NCBI GenBank assembly: GCA_041910055.1
Contig: JAYRRP010000004.1
Coordinates: forward strand, 2,678 to 66,677
Reading direction: 5' to 3'
Origin: Candidatus Saccharimonadales bacterium
Lineage (GTDB): Bacteria > Patescibacteriota > Saccharimonadia > Saccharimonadales > JAYRRP01
Length of the DNA stretch: 64,000 bases
Position 1 is the first letter of the stretch. Each line of letters starts with the position of its first letter. Below the pieces are notes generated by a model, which saw nothing but the letters and a program-made list of their open reading frames with translations, was not told the origin of the DNA and made no database searches. Positions 1-8,180 of the stretch are shown one piece after another. The position numbers and the translations under genes were made by a program.

Positions 1-1
1 A

Positions 2-925
2 ATTTTTTACCGCAATACCAAAACACCTGTTCTGGAAAAGTTGACCGCCACGCGTAAGGGTGATTGGTTGCACGTTGTGGAGCCGAGCGAACAGGAATTA
101 ATGGCACTAAGCGAAAACTTCGGGCTCGACCCAGATATCTTAAAAGATGCCACCGACCCGTATGAAGCCCCGCGTATCGAAAAAGAAAACAATATCGTCT
201 ACGTTTTTACGCGTTATTGTTACTTTGAAGAAGGCGGGAGTTTGTCGGCAACACAACCATTGCTGGTAATTAATATACCGGACCATGTAATCACTATTCA
301 GCACAAGGACTTACCCGTACTTGCGCGGCTTCAGCAAGCACATGGCGGCGTGGCGACGACCCAAAAAACCAAAACGATGCTACAAATTCTGGAAGAAGTG
401 AATGTATCTTACCAGCGCCGTATTTACCGGATAAGCAAGCAAATATTAAGCATCCGTAACACTATGAACAAGTCAGAGGTCCGCAACGAGGACTTCATTG
501 AATTTATTAATCTTGAGGAAGAATTGAACGAAGAGCTTTCGGCCCTGCAGGCTCAGAACGTCGTGCTACGTACACTTTTGAGTGGCCGGAGTGTCAAGCT
601 GTACGAAGAAGACGAAGATTTGGTAGAAGACCTCTCGCTTGATACAGCGGAGCTTATTGAATTGGCAAAGTCGAGGCTAAAGACTATTTCTAATACGCGT
701 GAGGCCTATGCGACTATTATGGCGAACACACTAAACAAAACGTTTAAACGCCTGACAAGTATCAGCATATTTATGACGATCCCTACTATTACCACTGGCT
801 TGTATGGCATGAACCTTTCCTTGCCACTGCAGCACCGGCCGAATGCTTTTTGGTTCATACTTTTGATTGTTATGGGTTTTACCGCCATGGCAATCTGGAT
901 ATTCCAGCGCAAAAAGTGGCTATAA
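2..925 (+). CDS. corA: CorA-family Mg2+/Co2+ transporter, 5' end probably cut by the window edge
   Basis: Track ORF 41..925. The frame stays open back to nt 2. C-terminal YGMNL (GMN signature) is flanked by two hydrophobic helices. Confidence 0.85.
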   Translation: MFYRNTKTPVLEKLTATRKGDWLHVVEPSEQELMALSENFGLDPDILKDATDPYEAPRIEKENNIVYVFTRYCYFEEGGSLSATQPLLVINIPDHVITIQHKDLPVLARLQQAHGGVATTQKTKTMLQILEEVNVSYQRRIYRISKQILSIRNTMNKSEVRNEDFIEFINLEEELNEELSALQAQNVVLRTLLSGRSVKLYEEDEDLVEDLSLDTAELIELAKSRLKTISNTREAYATIMANTLNKTFKRLTSISIFMTIPTITTGLYGMNLSLPLQHRPNAFWFILLIVMGFTAMAIWIFQRKKWL

Positions 926-1011
926 GCTGACTGCGTGCGTGGGGCTATGATATGCTGTATAGAGCAATTTACTTCCTTAAGTACAGTTGCCTGTAATTTA
1001 CAAACCTAAAA

Positions 1012-1179
1012 GAAATATAAAGAGTACGGGGAGAGAACTAGCTCGTTGATCCGTCGGCAACCTGCCTTTAATTATTACTTAAGGTGTTGGTGCTCCATCT
1101 AGCTTGCTTTCGGCAAGAAAGATATTATGGTAACAGTTAAGACCATGCATCCTTTGCGCCGAGGCGGAAAGGATTTTTT
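1012..1179 (+). promoter_or_regulatory. SAM-I (S-box) riboswitch leader of metK: aptamer ~1012-1126 plus terminator platform
   Basis: S-box-like core read directly: AAGAG (1020-1024), GGGGAGAGAACUAGCUC (cf. GGNGGAGGGACUGGCCC, with a GGG/CCC to GAG/CUC covariation), GUUGAUCC, GGCAACC (1055-1061), GGUGCUCCAUCU (cf. GGUGCUAAAUCC), P4 hairpin CUUGC-uuucg-GCAAG (1103-1117), AGAAAGAUAUU closing P1 with AAUAU (1014-1018). Lies upstream of metK. Confidence 0.6.
1151..1179 (+). terminator. Intrinsic terminator hairpin + U-tract, the riboswitch expression platform
   Basis: CCTTTGCGCC-GA-GGCGGAAAGG (5+3 bp stem, one G-G mismatch) followed by ATTTTTT. It ends 2 nt before the ATG at 1181 and contains the GGAAAGGA Shine-Dalgarno. 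Confidence 0.55.
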
Positions 1180-1180
1180 A

Positions 1181-2287
1181 ATGCCAAATTTAACTCAGTT
1201 CGCCAGCGAGTCTGTTTGTGCCGGCCATCCTGACAAGGTTTGTGACCAAATCAGCGACGCCGTGCTGGATGCGGTGCTTGCAGCAGACCCAAAGGGCCGA
1301 GTAGCGGTTGAAGCTTTAGCGGCGCATGACCATCTTGTGTTAGCGGGCGAAGTAACCTGTGAGAAGCCTATTGATTTCGAGGCAATTGCTCGCGAGCAGG
1401 TAATACGGCTTGGCTACACCAATCCAGAGTGGGGATTTAGCCATAAGTCGAAAGTCATCTCTTATATACACCAACAATCGCCAGAAATCGCTGTGGGCGT
1501 GGATCAGGATGGTGCTGGCGACCAGGGCTTAATGTTTGGTTTTGCCTGCAAGGAAACCACCGAACTCATGCCTTTGCCAATCACGCTTGTCCATCAAATA
1601 ACCAAAAAAATAGATATAGTCCGCGAATCAAAACAGATTGCCTATTTGCGGCCCGACGGCAAAGCTCAGGTAGTCGTGGATTATAAAGATGGTAAACCTA
1701 TCGGTATTTCCCACATTACATTAGCCGTGCCCCATGATGAAGAGGTGGCGCTTCCGCAAGTAAGCAAGGATTTGTATGAGGAAGTTGTAGCCCCAGTGTT
1801 AGGTGAATATGGATTTGAGGTCAAAAAACAAAATATTGTGGTAAACGGCACCGGTGTATGGCATATACCGGGCCCTTCTTCTGACTGTGGGTTGACGGGG
1901 AGAAAAATCGTGGTTGACGGCTATGGTGGCTATGCACGGGTAGGTGGTGGTGCATTCAGCGGCAAAGACCCGAGCAAGGTGGATCGATCAGGCGCCTACG
2001 CCGCACGTTATCTTGCCAAAAACATTGTGGCAGCTGGCTTGGCTGAACGGGTTGAAGTTGGTGTGGCCTTCTACATAGGTGCTCAGCAGCCAGTCTGGTT
2101 GCATATAGATGCATTTGGGACTGCCAAATCAAGCGACAAGGTAATCCGTGATTTTGCAAACCAGTGTCTCGGTCTTTCCGTTAAACAAATTATCGATACA
2201 TTTGATTTGCGGCGTCCTTTGTACCTAAAAACTGCTGCCTACGGTCACTTTGGACGGCCGGAGTTTCCATGGGAGAAGATACGCTGA
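1181..2287 (+). CDS. metK: S-adenosylmethionine synthetase
   Basis: [33 protein letters not shown] aligns with the E. coli MetK N-terminus ([23 protein letters not shown]). GAGDQG motif present. Start moved from the track ATG 1127, which lies inside the leader RNA, to ATG 1181. Confidence 0.93.
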   Translation: [368 protein letters not shown]

Positions 2288-2369
2288 AATATTTTATCTA
2301 GTCAAAAATATAGCTGAATTTGGCCAAACAGGTATACAATAGGCCTGAGAGGTAAGAGGAGGTACTTAA

Positions 2370-3506
2370 ATGGGTAAAAAGATACTTTTGGCTGTAGCCC
2401 TCATCGTGTTCTGTGTAGTCGGTGCGTCGCAGCTGGTCCGAGCTCAATCTGTAAAATCAGGCAGTCTAGTAGTGGTACCAAAAGACCAAACCGTGGATTC
2501 AATGCTATTTAGCTATGGGCGTAGTCTCGAGATTGCCGGTACGGTAAATGGTGATGTAATTTGCGCCGGGATGAATGTCACTATTAGTGGAACAGTGCAC
2601 GGTGATGTAATTTGCGCGGCCCAGACAATACATATCAGTGGCCACGTTGAAGGCGGTGTTCGTGTGGCAGGACAAAACGTCTCTGTTGATGGACAAGTAG
2701 ACGGCAGCGCCTCACTGCTTGGACAGACAATAACCACTAGTGAAACAAGCAAGATTAGTAAGGATCTGACGGCGGCCGGATCAGATATTTCAATTAACGG
2801 ACAAATTGGTCGAGATGTGGGACTTGCGGCTGATAATGCCACTGTTAATGGCCAGGTGGGCCGAAACCTCAACGGACGCTTTAATAGTCTGAAACTTGAT
2901 GGAAATTCATCGGTCGACGGCAACCTTGATTACACTAGCGCGCAGGAAGCAAGCATTGCAGACGGGGCAAAAGTAGCCGGCAGCAAGACGCGGCATCAAC
3001 CTGTCACCAAAGCAAAACACCAAAATACCTGGAAACTACGGTTTGCCGGGCAGGGTTATGCTTTTATTTCACTCTTGGTGCTTGCGCTTGTTCTTGTTCT
3101 GTTGTTTCCTCAGTTTTTTCATGAAGCATCTGAACGAACCTATCGGCATCCTGGCCGGACTGCCTTAATTGGGTTTTTAAGCTTACTGGCAGCACCGTTT
3201 CTCTTTATTGCCCTTTTGCTCACCCTTATTGGCGTGCCGCTGGCACTGCTGTTTGGGCTGACGTGGTTAGTAATATTAATGCTTAGCGGAACGGTCTTTA
3301 GCTACAGTGTGGGCCGTTTACTGATGAAGCATTCTAAACAGCCAGTACTCATTATGTTTGTGGGTGCTGCTGTAGTGTTGGTACTCTATGCGCTGCCAAT
3401 TTTGAGCTTTATTACATTGCTTGCTGCAGGTTTAATGGGCACGGGAAGTATTGTGAGTGAACTGTTTATCCGTACACCTAAGCCGCGTCACAGTATTTCA
3501 AACTAA
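2370..3506 (+). CDS. Signal-peptide beta-helix repeat protein (bactofilin/polymer-forming-like repeats) with a C-terminal 4-TM anchor
   Basis: N-terminal signal-like MGKKILLAVALIVFCVVGASQLVRAQS. ~17-aa G-x-V/I repeats (NGDVICAGMNVTISGTV / HGDVICAAQTIHISGHV ...). Four hydrophobic helices in the last ~150 aa. Strong SD AAGAGGAGG. Confidence 0.6.
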   Translation: MGKKILLAVALIVFCVVGASQLVRAQSVKSGSLVVVPKDQTVDSMLFSYGRSLEIAGTVNGDVICAGMNVTISGTVHGDVICAAQTIHISGHVEGGVRVAGQNVSVDGQVDGSASLLGQTITTSETSKISKDLTAAGSDISINGQIGRDVGLAADNATVNGQVGRNLNGRFNSLKLDGNSSVDGNLDYTSAQEASIADGAKVAGSKTRHQPVTKAKHQNTWKLRFAGQGYAFISLLVLALVLVLLFPQFFHEASERTYRHPGRTALIGFLSLLAAPFLFIALLLTLIGVPLALLFGLTWLVILMLSGTVFSYSVGRLLMKHSKQPVLIMFVGAAVVLVLYALPILSFITLLAAGLMGTGSIVSELFIRTPKPRHSISN

Positions 3507-3516
3507 CTAAGTCTGA

Positions 3517-4086
3517 GTGAAAGATCTACGACAGCTGCTCGCGTGTAATGCTTCTGTGGTGGCGCCACACTTACTTGGCTGTAGGGTGCTGCACCGTAGT
3601 TCGCAGGGTATTTGCGGCGGTGTAATTGTTGAGGTGGAGGCGTACCAGTCAGATGATCCAGCAAGCCATACCCACAAAGGCCTTTCGCCGCGTAATCGGG
3701 TGATGTTTGGCCCAGCGGGGCATGCGTATGTTTATTTCACGTATGGCATGCATTATTGCCTCAATGTGGTGACGGGAACTGCCGGTGATGGGCAAGGGGT
3801 GCTTATTCGGGCTTTAGAACCAGTGGAAGGTATTAAATTGATGCAACAACGCCGGAAGATAAGTGATCTTAGACAACTCACAAATGGGCCAGCAAAATTG
3901 ACGCAAGCACTTGGCATTAATACTCAACAAAATGGTGTTAGTCTATTAGCAGATAATGACCTTGTGTTGTTAAGCGGGTCACCACCGACTACGATTGTGC
4001 AGACCACACGTATTGGTATCTCAAAGGCGATAGATCACCCCTGGCGTTTTTACATTAAGGGTAATCCGTATGTTTCAAAAACCTGA
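3517..4086 (+). CDS. mpg: DNA-3-methyladenine glycosylase (Mpg/AAG family)
   Basis: VEVEAYQSDDPASH ... GPAGHAYVYFTYGMHYCLNVV is typical of the AAG/Mpg family. ~190 aa. Confidence 0.85.
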   Translation: MKDLRQLLACNASVVAPHLLGCRVLHRSSQGICGGVIVEVEAYQSDDPASHTHKGLSPRNRVMFGPAGHAYVYFTYGMHYCLNVVTGTAGDGQGVLIRALEPVEGIKLMQQRRKISDLRQLTNGPAKLTQALGINTQQNGVSLLADNDLVLLSGSPPTTIVQTTRIGISKAIDHPWRFYIKGNPYVSKT

Positions 4087-4151
4087 ACCTTTTCGCTTGC
4101 CTTTTCCTGCTAACAAACGTAAGCTGAATATGGAAGTGTGAGGCTTCCAAT

Positions 4152-4185
4152 GAGCTCCGCTCATCGCGGGGCTCTTAAAATTTTC
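4152..4185 (+). terminator. Putative intrinsic terminator after mpg
   Basis: GAGCTCCGC-tcatc-GCGGGGCTC (one mismatch) followed by TTAAAATTTTC. Confidence 0.45.
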
Positions 4186-4247
4186 TACAGTGACTGTTTG
4201 CAAATTAGTAAAGACTGCCTTAGGCTGATAACGAAGGAATAAAAATA

Positions 4248-5006
4248 ATGACAGCAACGTACTCACATGTGATATTTTTTTCGCTGGTAGGCGGCCTTTT
4301 TTCGCTGGTAGGCGGCATCTTACTACTTAGCCATAAACGGAGCGCCCAAGTACTTGGTAAATACGCAACTCCTTTTGCAGCTGGTGCGTTACTTGCAGCC
4401 GTCTTCCTTGACCTTTTACCAGAAGGAATTAAGCATGGTGATGCTGACCTGGTACTAATGGCCGCGCTAAGTGGGGTAGTACTATTCTTTTTTGCAGAGC
4501 GGTTCTTGCACTGGTTTCACCATCACCATCAACACCAGGGTGACCCCTCCACAAGCCTTATCATTATTGGCGACACTGTACACAATGCACTGGATGGGGT
4601 AGCAATTGCAGCAGGTTTTTTAATTAGTGTTGAGACAGGTATTATTACAGCTCTGGCAGTGGCTGCTCATGAAATTCCTCAGGAAATCGGAGACTTCGGT
4701 TTGTTACTTGCCAGAGGTATGAGTCGTAAGAAAGTGTTACTTGCCAATGTATTCAGCGCACTTGCTACTACAGTGCTTGCTGTTATAACTTTTGCAATTG
4801 GTAGTAGCGACAAGTTACCAAACGGTATTCTTTTTGGAATTAGTGCAGGGTTCCTGCTCTATATTGCGACGAGCGATATTATCCCCTCTATCCATGAGTC
4901 AGCCTCAAACCGGCGGGCTATTAGCGTTGAATCATTGCTGCTTGTGCTCGGCGTAGTTGTAGTGGGACTTGCGATTCATCTTGCCAGTCATTTTGTTGCA
5001 GTTTAA
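4248..5006 (+). CDS. zupT: ZIP-family zinc/metal transporter
   Basis: HEIPQEIGDFGLL ZIP signature. His-rich loop HWFHHHHQHQG. Multiple TM helices. Confidence 0.85.
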   Translation: MTATYSHVIFFSLVGGLFSLVGGILLLSHKRSAQVLGKYATPFAAGALLAAVFLDLLPEGIKHGDADLVLMAALSGVVLFFFAERFLHWFHHHHQHQGDPSTSLIIIGDTVHNALDGVAIAAGFLISVETGIITALAVAAHEIPQEIGDFGLLLARGMSRKKVLLANVFSALATTVLAVITFAIGSSDKLPNGILFGISAGFLLYIATSDIIPSIHESASNRRAISVESLLLVLGVVVVGLAIHLASHFVAV

Positions 5007-5059
5007 GATCACCTGTTCCATAAGTAGCACTCACAAAGTGAACAGGGTACAATAAAGCT

Positions 5060-6283
5060 ATGCTTATCGCGGTGTTAGTTTTGGCGGTAATTAATCTTGC
5101 TGTCTTGGTGTGGTTGGTGAGCCGACGAATAGGCTCAGAACCAGAGGCCAATTTACGGGAGGAGTTTGCCCAAAACCGTAAGGAATTTGCCGAGGCCAAC
5201 AAGGAATTACGTTTGGAACTAGTGGGCAGCCTTGATAAAACAAAGACCACTTTAGATAAACGCCTTGATCAACTGCGCGACAAAAACGATGAAAAATTGG
5301 AACTGATCCGCAAAACTGTTGAGACTCGACTGGATACGCTACAAAAAGATAACGCCGACAAGCTCGAAAAAATGCGCGCAACGGTAGACGAAAAACTACA
5401 AAGCACGCTCGAGAAGCGCTTAAGCCAGAGCTTCAAACTGGTGAGTGAACGGCTAGAGCTCGTACATAAGGGTCTTGGCGAAATGCAGGGTCTCGCAAGT
5501 GATGTCAGTGATTTCAAACGGGTGCTTACCAATGTAAAAACCCGGGGTACCTGGGGTGAGGTGCAATTAGAAAGTTTACTCGAGCAAATTTTTATTAAAG
5601 ATCATTATCAAAAGCAGGTAACGCTGAAGCCTGGCAGCAGCGAAGCAGTAGATTTTGTTATTAAACTGCCGGATAAGAGCTCGAAAGACGGCTTCATATA
5701 CTTGCCAATAGATGCGAAGTTTCCTTTAGAGGATTACCAACGTCTCGCTGCGGCACAAGAGAAAGCGGATAGTGCGCAAAGTGTGCAGCTTACAAAGATG
5801 TTGCTTTCACGCATAAAAGCAGAGGCGAAATCTATTAAAGAAAAATATATTCTTCCGCCGAAGACTACTGATTTTGCGGTAATGTATGTACCGATTGAAG
5901 GTTTATACGCTGAAGTGCTGCGACATCCTGGATTGTTTGAACAAATGCAACGGGATTACCGGGTTACTGTGGCAGGCCCAACAACTATTGCCGCTATTTT
6001 AAGCAGCTACCAGCTAGGCTTCAGGACGTTGGCGATTGCTGAACAGACAAGTCAGGTATGGGAGCTCTTAACGGTCATAAAGGGTGAATTTGGCAAGTTC
6101 GGCGACCTGCTCGATAAAACACGGGAAAAGCTAGTCCAAGCAACGAAGACCATTGATACTGCTAGCACAAAAAGTCGCACTATTGAGAGAAAGCTTGGCA
6201 AGGTTCAACACCTGGCCGACCAAGCAACCGAAACTACCGAAGTGGAGGCACCACCTCAACTGCTCGATGCTCTTGATGAGTAG
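5060..6283 (+). CDS. rmuC: DNA recombination protein RmuC
   Basis: N-terminal TM, long K/E/L-rich coiled coil, C-terminal RmuC-type region (DFVIKLPD..YLPIDAKFPLE..MYVPIEGLY). Confidence 0.85.
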   Translation: MLIAVLVLAVINLAVLVWLVSRRIGSEPEANLREEFAQNRKEFAEANKELRLELVGSLDKTKTTLDKRLDQLRDKNDEKLELIRKTVETRLDTLQKDNADKLEKMRATVDEKLQSTLEKRLSQSFKLVSERLELVHKGLGEMQGLASDVSDFKRVLTNVKTRGTWGEVQLESLLEQIFIKDHYQKQVTLKPGSSEAVDFVIKLPDKSSKDGFIYLPIDAKFPLEDYQRLAAAQEKADSAQSVQLTKMLLSRIKAEAKSIKEKYILPPKTTDFAVMYVPIEGLYAEVLRHPGLFEQMQRDYRVTVAGPTTIAAILSSYQLGFRTLAIAEQTSQVWELLTVIKGEFGKFGDLLDKTREKLVQATKTIDTASTKSRTIERKLGKVQHLADQATETTEVEAPPQLLDALDE

Positions 6284-6355
6284 ACTTCTTACACTACCGG
6301 TAGGATAGATAATCTGTTACACTAGATAGCGACAGAGTAAAAATCAAGACTAGAA

Positions 6356-7519
6356 ATGCATGTAGTAATTGTCGGCAGCGGATTTGGTGGCGTCAAAACG
6401 GCTCTAGGGCTGACGAATAAGCGTGGAATCCGGGTTACTATAATCACACCAAAAGCGAATTTTGAATACCACGGCGCTTTATATCGTTCTGCCACTGGTC
6501 GGTCACCTCTTGAAGTTGTTTTGCCACTTCGAGATATCTTTGCTCGAGCAAAAAATGTGGAAGTAGTGCTAGATAAAGTGGTAAGCCTTGACACAACTGC
6601 GAAACTTGTCGGCGGTGAAACAGGGCAGACCTATCAATATGACAAATTAGTACTAGCGCTTGGCAGTATGGTGAATTACTTTGGGATTGAAGGAATGGAA
6701 GAGCATTCGTACACCATGGATACGATTGAATCCACCATCCTGCTGCGACACCAAATTGTCAATCTGCTGAAAGCCAATACAGGATCAGTACTTGAAGTTG
6801 CAATAGTTGGTGGCGGGCCGACTGGAATAGAATTAGCGGGAGAATTGCCGCTTTTTGCTCGTAAGGTAATTGATAAATATAAGCTTCACCATCAGCGCCT
6901 GGAGGTCTCATTAATTGAAGGAGCGCCTCGTTTACTGCCGGCTCTATTACCTAGAGTTTCTATAAAAGTGCAGCGACGTTTGCGGCAATTGGGTGTTCAC
7001 CTTATGTTGGGAGCAAAAGTCAGCGCATGTCAGACAGACAAACTAACTGTCAATGGACAAGCAATTACTGCAGACCTGATAATCTGGACGGCTGGCAGTT
7101 GCATCGTTCCGTTCTATGCCCAGTACCCCAAGGTCTTCCAGATAGAAAAGGGCAAAGTAGTCGTAGATAAATACCTGCATCCTGTTGGCCAAACTGATAT
7201 TTATGTCATTGGTGATAATGCGAGAACCAAGTACAGCGGTATGGCACAAACGGCATTGCATGATGCAAAATTTGTAGCCAGTCATATTAAGGCCAGCCGA
7301 CACCATGCACCACAGCCTGCATACCGTGCCTGGCAACCTATTTACGTGGTACCGGTAGGCCAGCATTGGGCAGCAGTACAAATACGCCATAAAGTAAGAA
7401 GTGGTTACACTGGCTGGCTAGTGCGGCGGAGAGCTGACTTATGGATATTCCGTAATTTCAAGCCGTATAAACAAGCTATTAAGACATGGCGCAAAGGAAA
7501 TCGCTGGGCTCACTTTTAG
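6356..7519 (+). CDS. ndh: Type II NADH dehydrogenase (NDH-2) / FAD-dependent pyridine nucleotide-disulfide oxidoreductase
   Basis: Two dinucleotide-binding motifs: VVIVGSGFGG and VAIVGGGPTGIELAGE. Also IYVIGDNA. ~390 aa. Confidence 0.8.
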   Translation: MHVVIVGSGFGGVKTALGLTNKRGIRVTIITPKANFEYHGALYRSATGRSPLEVVLPLRDIFARAKNVEVVLDKVVSLDTTAKLVGGETGQTYQYDKLVLALGSMVNYFGIEGMEEHSYTMDTIESTILLRHQIVNLLKANTGSVLEVAIVGGGPTGIELAGELPLFARKVIDKYKLHHQRLEVSLIEGAPRLLPALLPRVSIKVQRRLRQLGVHLMLGAKVSACQTDKLTVNGQAITADLIIWTAGSCIVPFYAQYPKVFQIEKGKVVVDKYLHPVGQTDIYVIGDNARTKYSGMAQTALHDAKFVASHIKASRHHAPQPAYRAWQPIYVVPVGQHWAAVQIRHKVRSGYTGWLVRRRADLWIFRNFKPYKQAIKTWRKGNRWAHF

Positions 7520-7571
7520 TGACTCCCCACCTCCTAGTAGGAATGTCAGTGACAGGTGATACAATAAATTA

Positions 7572-8180
7572 ATGGTAAAACAAAATAAAATTGTTCCTAA
7601 GTGGGAGCGTTATTACCCTTATTTACTCGCTGTTGGAGGTACCATTGGGCTGCTATCGGCATTCTACCTATCAATGGAAAAATTACATTTATTGCAGCAC
7701 CCCGATGCACAACTGATCTGTAACCTTAATCCGCTATTTAGCTGTGGCTCAGTAATTCTCAGCAAGCAAGCGGCGGCTTTTGGCTTTCCAAACCCATATA
7801 TTGGCTTAGCAGGCTATGCGGTAGTGGTGACGATCGGTATGGCAATATTGGCCGGGGCGGCCTTCAAACGATGGTTCTGGCTTGGTCTACAAGCAGGCGT
7901 TACTTTTGGCATGCTCTTTGTCCATTGGTTGTTTTATAACTCTGTATTTTTAATTGGTAAGTTATGCTTGTTCTGTATGGCAGTATGGGCGGTTACTATT
8001 CCCATCTTTTGGTATACAACATTACGCAATTATAACCACGAGGTTATAACCTTACCTGCCAAGTGGAAAAAAACAATGCAGTTTCTTAATCGGAATCATT
8101 TTAATATTCTTGCCGTCTGGTTTTTAGCTATAATCGCGATAATTATTTGGCACTTTTGGTTCTATATCCAAACACTTTAA
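7572..8180 (+). CDS. Vitamin K epoxide reductase (VKOR) family membrane protein
   Basis: Loop cysteine pair CNLNPLFSCGS and membrane CxxC (CLFC). 4-5 TM helices. Confidence 0.75.
   Translation: MVKQNKIVPKWERYYPYLLAVGGTIGLLSAFYLSMEKLHLLQHPDAQLICNLNPLFSCGSVILSKQAAAFGFPNPYIGLAGYAVVVTIGMAILAGAAFKRWFWLGLQAGVTFGMLFVHWLFYNSVFLIGKLCLFCMAVWAVTIPIFWYTTLRNYNHEVITLPAKWKKTMQFLNRNHFNILAVWFLAIIAIIIWHFWFYIQTL

Noticed and set aside
1127-1180. Longer metK start (track ATG 1127, MVTVKTMHPLRRGGKDFL...)
   Set aside because: These codons lie inside the riboswitch P1 and terminator hairpin. The extension is not MetK-like, and ATG 1181 has an SD and matches the MetK N-terminus.
2513-2923. 136-aa antisense ORF inside the beta-helix gene
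   Set aside because: It is a shadow ORF of a repetitive G/V-rich coding region. It has no start context and a low-complexity product.
4150-4242. 30-aa upstream ORF (MSSAHRGALKIFYSDCLQISKDCLRLITKE) before zupT, possible metal-sensing uORF
   Set aside because: It has no SD and starts inside the putative mpg terminator hairpin. I cannot support it without conservation data.
6318-6329. 12-mer TACACTAGATAG shared by the ndh (6318-6329) and uvrB (30439-30450) upstream regions
   Set aside because: Six of the 12 nt are the -10 box. By my rough estimate, repeated 12-mers are expected by chance in 64 kb, and a shared 6-nt discriminator among ~40 promoters is not significant.
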